Of a stretch of DNA of 64,000 nt, positions 59,984 through 64,000 are shown one piece after another; position 1 is the stretch's first letter; every line of letters starts with the position of its first letter. The stretch covers positions 42,582 to 106,581 of the IMG/VR virus record IMGVR_UViG_3300028920_000047; one strand, written 5' to 3'. This stretch comes from a virus. A program made the translations under genes and the position numbers. The notes below the pieces were generated by a model. It was not told where the DNA came from. It saw only the letters and a list, made by a program, of their open reading frames with translations, and did not search any database.

Positions 59984-61213
59984 TTAATAACCAATAGCCA
60001 AAATTTCCGGAGTTATGGTACCACCTACCAAATCAGTACTATCCGTTAATATTACACATTGAGTTTGAGTAACTAATGATGGTATCACTAAATTCATTAA
60101 ATTAATATTACCAGCTAAATTTGCCTGGGTACTAACAACAAACACATGTAAACAAGCTGTAGGAAATGTTAAAGGAAAAAGTATAACTTGACCAACACCG
60201 TGGTCATCAGCAGCCGCTACACCTGTTGCCCACTGTATTACTAATCCATCATTAAATTGAATATAACCATTAGTCAAATAACTGCTTTGAGCTACACCGC
60301 CGGAAGCATTATCAACATAGTTTTTTGTAGCGGCGTCTTGTGCCATTGTGGGGTCTAATAACGCTTTTATTTGTTTACTTTGGGCATCTATATCATCTGC
60401 TGATTTTAACCTTGCTCCAATAGCGCCAGCAATCTCCCACAGAGAAGCAAATGTAGCGATTTGACTATCGGTATAATTCTTTGTAGAAGCATCCTGCGGA
60501 TTAGACGGGTCAGTTACATTTTTAATCACACTTGTATCCGCATCAATATCTCCTGTTCCTTTAGGGGATATTATAATATCAATATTAGCATCACTTGAAC
60601 CCTCACTTTCTATTTTTACTCCGGAACCACTGGCAGCGTTACTTATTTTAAGATTATTTTCAGCCGAAGCGGTTATACCAAAAGTTAAAAGTTCGTTTCC
60701 ATCATAATCTATAATTTCCATGAATTTTCTCGCGTCCTTTACAGTATCCACTCCGGCGTAAAAATTTCCATCACCAGGAAGGGCGAAATTTTGTCCTAAT
60801 GTGACCGTAGCTAACAATATATCATTATCTTCAATATTTTGTACAGCCTTAAATACTATATAATTATTACTATCATCAGCATGAGTATACCTGGCTACTA
60901 TGTTTGTGTTTAATGGTGAAACACCCAGACCATCTAATGCCGACAACGACTCTGCAATATAATCCGCTTCTACAATACCAGTAGTAAGTATACCGGTTAC
61001 CAATCTTCTGTCAGATGCTATTAAATCATATATAGCTATTTTACCAGCACTTATAGCTAAAATATTATTGGCGCCGCCGTTAGAAACCTCAAGACCCTGG
61101 TATACACCGGGTCTAATAACTTTATGTAACCATTTAGATATTTTTAACTCGGTTAAAGTTTCTTCATAATTCATTACTGTATCAAATTTACCATTCCAGG
61201 TATATCCTGCCAT
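59984..61213 (-). CDS. Tail fibre/baseplate protein (no signal peptide)
   Basis: DP..QDA.TKNY.D repeats; C-terminal NGYIQF.DGLVIQW..FPLTFPTAC..LAIGY gp53-like domain. Confidence 0.75.
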   Translation of the reverse strand: MAGYTWNGKFDTVMNYEETLTELKISKWLHKVIRPGVYQGLEVSNGGANNILAISAGKIAIYDLIASDRRLVTGILTTGIVEADYIAESLSALDGLGVSPLNTNIVARYTHADDSNNYIVFKAVQNIEDNDILLATVTLGQNFALPGDGNFYAGVDTVKDARKFMEIIDYDGNELLTFGITASAENNLKISNAASGSGVKIESEGSSDANIDIIISPKGTGDIDADTSVIKNVTDPSNPQDASTKNYTDSQIATFASLWEIAGAIGARLKSADDIDAQSKQIKALLDPTMAQDAATKNYVDNASGGVAQSSYLTNGYIQFNDGLVIQWATGVAAADDHGVGQVILFPLTFPTACLHVFVVSTQANLAGNINLMNLVIPSLVTQTQCVILTDSTDLVGGTITPEILAIGY

Positions 61214-61255
61214 TATTATATCACCTCGATTTTAATTTTATAAAAATCATTTTTA

Positions 61256-62455
61256 TTATTCCCATAATCTACACACTACTATTTTAAATTTATTACATTG
61301 AATTGGGGTCGGCGTCCAAAACGCTTCAGCTTCTATATAGTTTACAGTTGATGTATTTTTAAAATAAATATTACTACCATCAATTTGTAACGACCAACCC
61401 GCAAAAGATACGCCATTATGTTCAAAAGAACGAGCAATATACCAAACCGAATCTGAATTATATCCTATAAATACTGTAACCGTATATGAATCAGGATTAA
61501 ATGTTTCACCAATTCCTAATGTTGTATAATTATCATTATTGGGAACATTTTGCCAACCGGAGTTATAAACAAGTTTCGGATATAATCCTGAGGAAGTGAT
61601 AAACCCGCTATCATTAGCGAGAGAAGAGATACCTGAATCAGATTCAATAAAATCCGGTGGTGATTTTATTTTATCCCAACCCACATCACCGGTAATATTT
61701 TGAGCACTTATATTTCCTGAAAAAATTATAGTATTGCCTGTAATATCTGATGAAATAGTAGGGCTATTAAACCCTATATAAATAGTTTCCGCTCTTATAC
61801 TACCGGCAACTGTTAAAGAGTCACCATTATATATTACATTTGTCCCAATTCCTATACATTGTACAATTGTATATAAAGTGGTTTCACCCGCTACAGTCCA
61901 GGAATCCCCACCGCCACTAATTCCGGTCAAATGTGCACCATTACCTTCAAAAAAACCTCCCGCAACAATATTACCGGTAGCAGAAAAACTGCCAATAATT
62001 GTATCAGATTCATAATTTTTTATATAACTATCAGCTTGAAAAACCATAAGTTGAACAATATTGCTATCATTTATAGTTAATCCACCAACAGCGGTAACAC
62101 CTGTTAATCCTGAACCATCTCCGTGAAAGCTTCCGCCAATGAATGAATCTGCTGTTATAGAATTAGATATAAGAGCAGTAGCTGTTATTGTTCCGCCGCG
62201 GCCTTCTAAAGCTATAGAATTGCCCACCGTTACTGAACAAGCGTCAGCATCTAAATAAATTAACTCTCCTGACGTATCTCCTACCTGCATATAAGTATAA
62301 ATAATTACTGTATCTGTACCGGAATCATAAGTAGTATGGGATTGATATACTACACCTTCCGGCATTAAAAATCTGTTACTCCAGTTAAATGAATATAAAT
62401 CTGAAAAACAAAATGTAAAAAATAATAGTAAAAGTAATAAATATAAAATTTTCAT
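61256..62455 (-). CDS. Signal-peptide-bearing tail-fibre-like protein
   Basis: MKILYLLLLLLFFTFCFS; FHGDGSGLTGV, FEGNGAHLTGI, IGIGT, SSLANDSGFIT, YNSGW. Confidence 0.7.
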   Translation of the reverse strand: MKILYLLLLLLFFTFCFSDLYSFNWSNRFLMPEGVVYQSHTTYDSGTDTVIIYTYMQVGDTSGELIYLDADACSVTVGNSIALEGRGGTITATALISNSITADSFIGGSFHGDGSGLTGVTAVGGLTINDSNIVQLMVFQADSYIKNYESDTIIGSFSATGNIVAGGFFEGNGAHLTGISGGGDSWTVAGETTLYTIVQCIGIGTNVIYNGDSLTVAGSIRAETIYIGFNSPTISSDITGNTIIFSGNISAQNITGDVGWDKIKSPPDFIESDSGISSLANDSGFITSSGLYPKLVYNSGWQNVPNNDNYTTLGIGETFNPDSYTVTVFIGYNSDSVWYIARSFEHNGVSFAGWSLQIDGSNIYFKNTSTVNYIEAEAFWTPTPIQCNKFKIVVCRLWE

Positions 62456-62467
62456 AATATTAACTCC

Positions 62468-63184
62468 TTATAAATCAGAATTTTGAAATACATATATTTC
62501 CAAAACATCGCCATTTTTTATAGTTAATCCATTTTTAAATCTTATAGTGTTTGTTGCCGCCGCATATTCCATCTCATAATCATAGGAAGCACCTTCAATA
62601 AGTTTAAACCTGTTTAAATAAGCCTGTATATATTCTGCATTTATTCCAGTTAAATCGGCAGCTGTGTAAGTTAAATCTATATAATCCTGCGGTGCACCGG
62701 TATGAGCATGTATTTCATGTACAGGTATAGGATTGATACTAAATGACGGTAAAGTTTTAACAGAATTATCCACTGCGGTTATAGAACCGGCATTATATGT
62801 TATTGAACATAATATTACATCATTAGTAGTAGGTGTAGCCACTAATAATATATCAACATAATTAGTTTGTGAGTCAGCATGAGTATATCTACATATTAAA
62901 TAATATGTTCCAGTAGTACCGGGCATACCGGAAAAAGATGCATTCTCTTGTACTGCGGTAAATACGCAGGTTACATAACGGATATCTGCCTGGTCATTTA
63001 TAGCTATTTTACCAGCAGTAATATCAACGGTATTTGTAGGGTCAGCAACACTTTGTGATACCACTAAACCGTCAAACACACCCACCGGTATTATATCATG
63101 TAGATATCTACTCCAATTTTGATTTGTCAAATCTTCTTTATATTGTGGAATAACGTTTTGTGTTCCGTAATCATTTGCGCCCAA
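62468..63184 (-). CDS. Baseplate/tail protein, paralogous to the N-terminus of 59984..61213
   Basis: YKEDLT..LH.II..GV..GL.VS..AGKIAI.D..RYTHADS shared. Confidence 0.65.
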   Translation of the reverse strand: MGANDYGTQNVIPQYKEDLTNQNWSRYLHDIIPVGVFDGLVVSQSVADPTNTVDITAGKIAINDQADIRYVTCVFTAVQENASFSGMPGTTGTYYLICRYTHADSQTNYVDILLVATPTTNDVILCSITYNAGSITAVDNSVKTLPSFSINPIPVHEIHAHTGAPQDYIDLTYTAADLTGINAEYIQAYLNRFKLIEGASYDYEMEYAAATNTIRFKNGLTIKNGDVLEIYVFQNSDL

Positions 63185-63203
63185 ATTTTTTCACCTCTCT
63201 TAT

Positions 63204-64000
63204 TTATACTAATATATTCCCCTTAACATTTGAAACCTTTTTTACATCCTCTATACTAAATTTCTTTTTATTGTAATCACAATCAAAACCTCCACCTACT
63301 ATTTGCGGTGCTCCTTTCAAGGTTGTTAATTGGTTATAACTACAATCAAAATATCCATCTACTTCTTGTGGAGCTCCCTCTAAAGATGTTAATTGGTTAG
63401 AGTTACAGTCAAAATCTCCACCTACTTCTTGCGGTGCTCCTTTTAAATTTGTTAATTGGCTATAACTACAATAAAAATTTTTACTTACTTTTTGTGGTGC
63501 TCCTTTTAAAGATGTTAATTGGTTATTGTGACAATAAAAATCTCCACCTACTTCTTGCGGTGCTCCCTCTAAAGTTGTTAATTGGTTAGAGTTACAGTCA
63601 AAATATCCATCTACTTTTTGTGGTGCTCCTTTCAAGGTTGTTAATTGGTTATAACTACAATCAAAATCTCTACCTACTTTTTGTGGAACACCTTTTAAAG
63701 ATGTTAATTGGTTATTGTGACAATAAAAATCTCCACCTACTTCTTGCGGTGCTCCCTCTAAAATTGTTAACTCGTTATAACGACAATAAAAATTTTTACT
63801 TACTTCTTGCGGTGCTCCATCTAAAGTTGTTAATTGGTTATCCCCACATTCAAAATCTCTACCTACTTTTTGCGGTGCTCCCTCTAAAGATGTTAATTGG
63901 TTAGAGCTACAGTCAAAATCTCTACCTACTTTCTGCGGTGCTCCTTCTAAAGTTTTTAGTTGATTATTATCCAAATAAAAATCCCCACGAACTTCTTTTA
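63204..64000 (-). CDS. Partial LRR-like protein of 22-aa repeats (runs off window)
   Basis: NQLTSLEGAPQxVGxDFxCxx repeats; frame stays open past 63974 (KEVRGDFYLDNNQ). Confidence 0.8.
   Translation of the reverse strand, partial: KEVRGDFYLDNNQLKTLEGAPQKVGRDFDCSSNQLTSLEGAPQKVGRDFECGDNQLTTLDGAPQEVSKNFYCRYNELTILEGAPQEVGGDFYCHNNQLTSLKGVPQKVGRDFDCSYNQLTTLKGAPQKVDGYFDCNSNQLTTLEGAPQEVGGDFYCHNNQLTSLKGAPQKVSKNFYCSYSQLTNLKGAPQEVGGDFDCNSNQLTSLEGAPQEVDGYFDCSYNQLTTLKGAPQIVGGGFDCDYNKKKFSIEDVKKVSNVKGNILV
63270..63995 (-). repeat. 66-bp tandem repeat array (about 11 units visible)
   Basis: Recurrent ..GGTGCTCC..TTAATTGGTT..CAAAA unit. Confidence 0.9.

Noticed and set aside
63270-63995. 66-bp repeats as a CRISPR array
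   Set aside because: No unique spacers; units are in-frame protein repeats; no cas genes

Overview
AT-rich 64-kb segment of a large lytic tailed dsDNA phage genome, with no host housekeeping genes, integrase, CRISPR or rRNA. It has three blocks. (1) 1-13848, minus strand: a late/structural arm. It starts with the N-terminal half of a terminase large subunit that ends in a split-intein N-fragment. It continues with a duplicated cassette of signal-peptide-bearing Ig-repeat and tail-fibre-like proteins that are strikingly rich in D-S/D-T motifs. (2) 14267-59106, plus strand: an early/middle arm with a T4-like recombination-replication set (UvsY-like, gp32-like SSB, UvsX/RecA, fused Mre11-Rad50, RuvC, clamp and clamp loader, 5' nuclease, helicase, loader, primase, UvsW-like helicase). 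This set is paired with a family A DNA polymerase. The arm also carries a dispersed 7-deazaguanine pathway (folE, queD, queE, queC, yhhQ, TGT/DpdA-like), Ung, a DenV-like glycosylase, several histone-like proteins and an expanded tRNA-like RNA. (3) 59155-64000, minus strand: tail/baseplate-like genes and a mosaic LRR-like repeat protein that runs off the window. The best leads are the putative exported and O-glycosylated fibre/Ig system, the split terminase with an atypical intein, and the tRNA-like ncRNA. All calls come from reading motifs by eye; no database searches were run.
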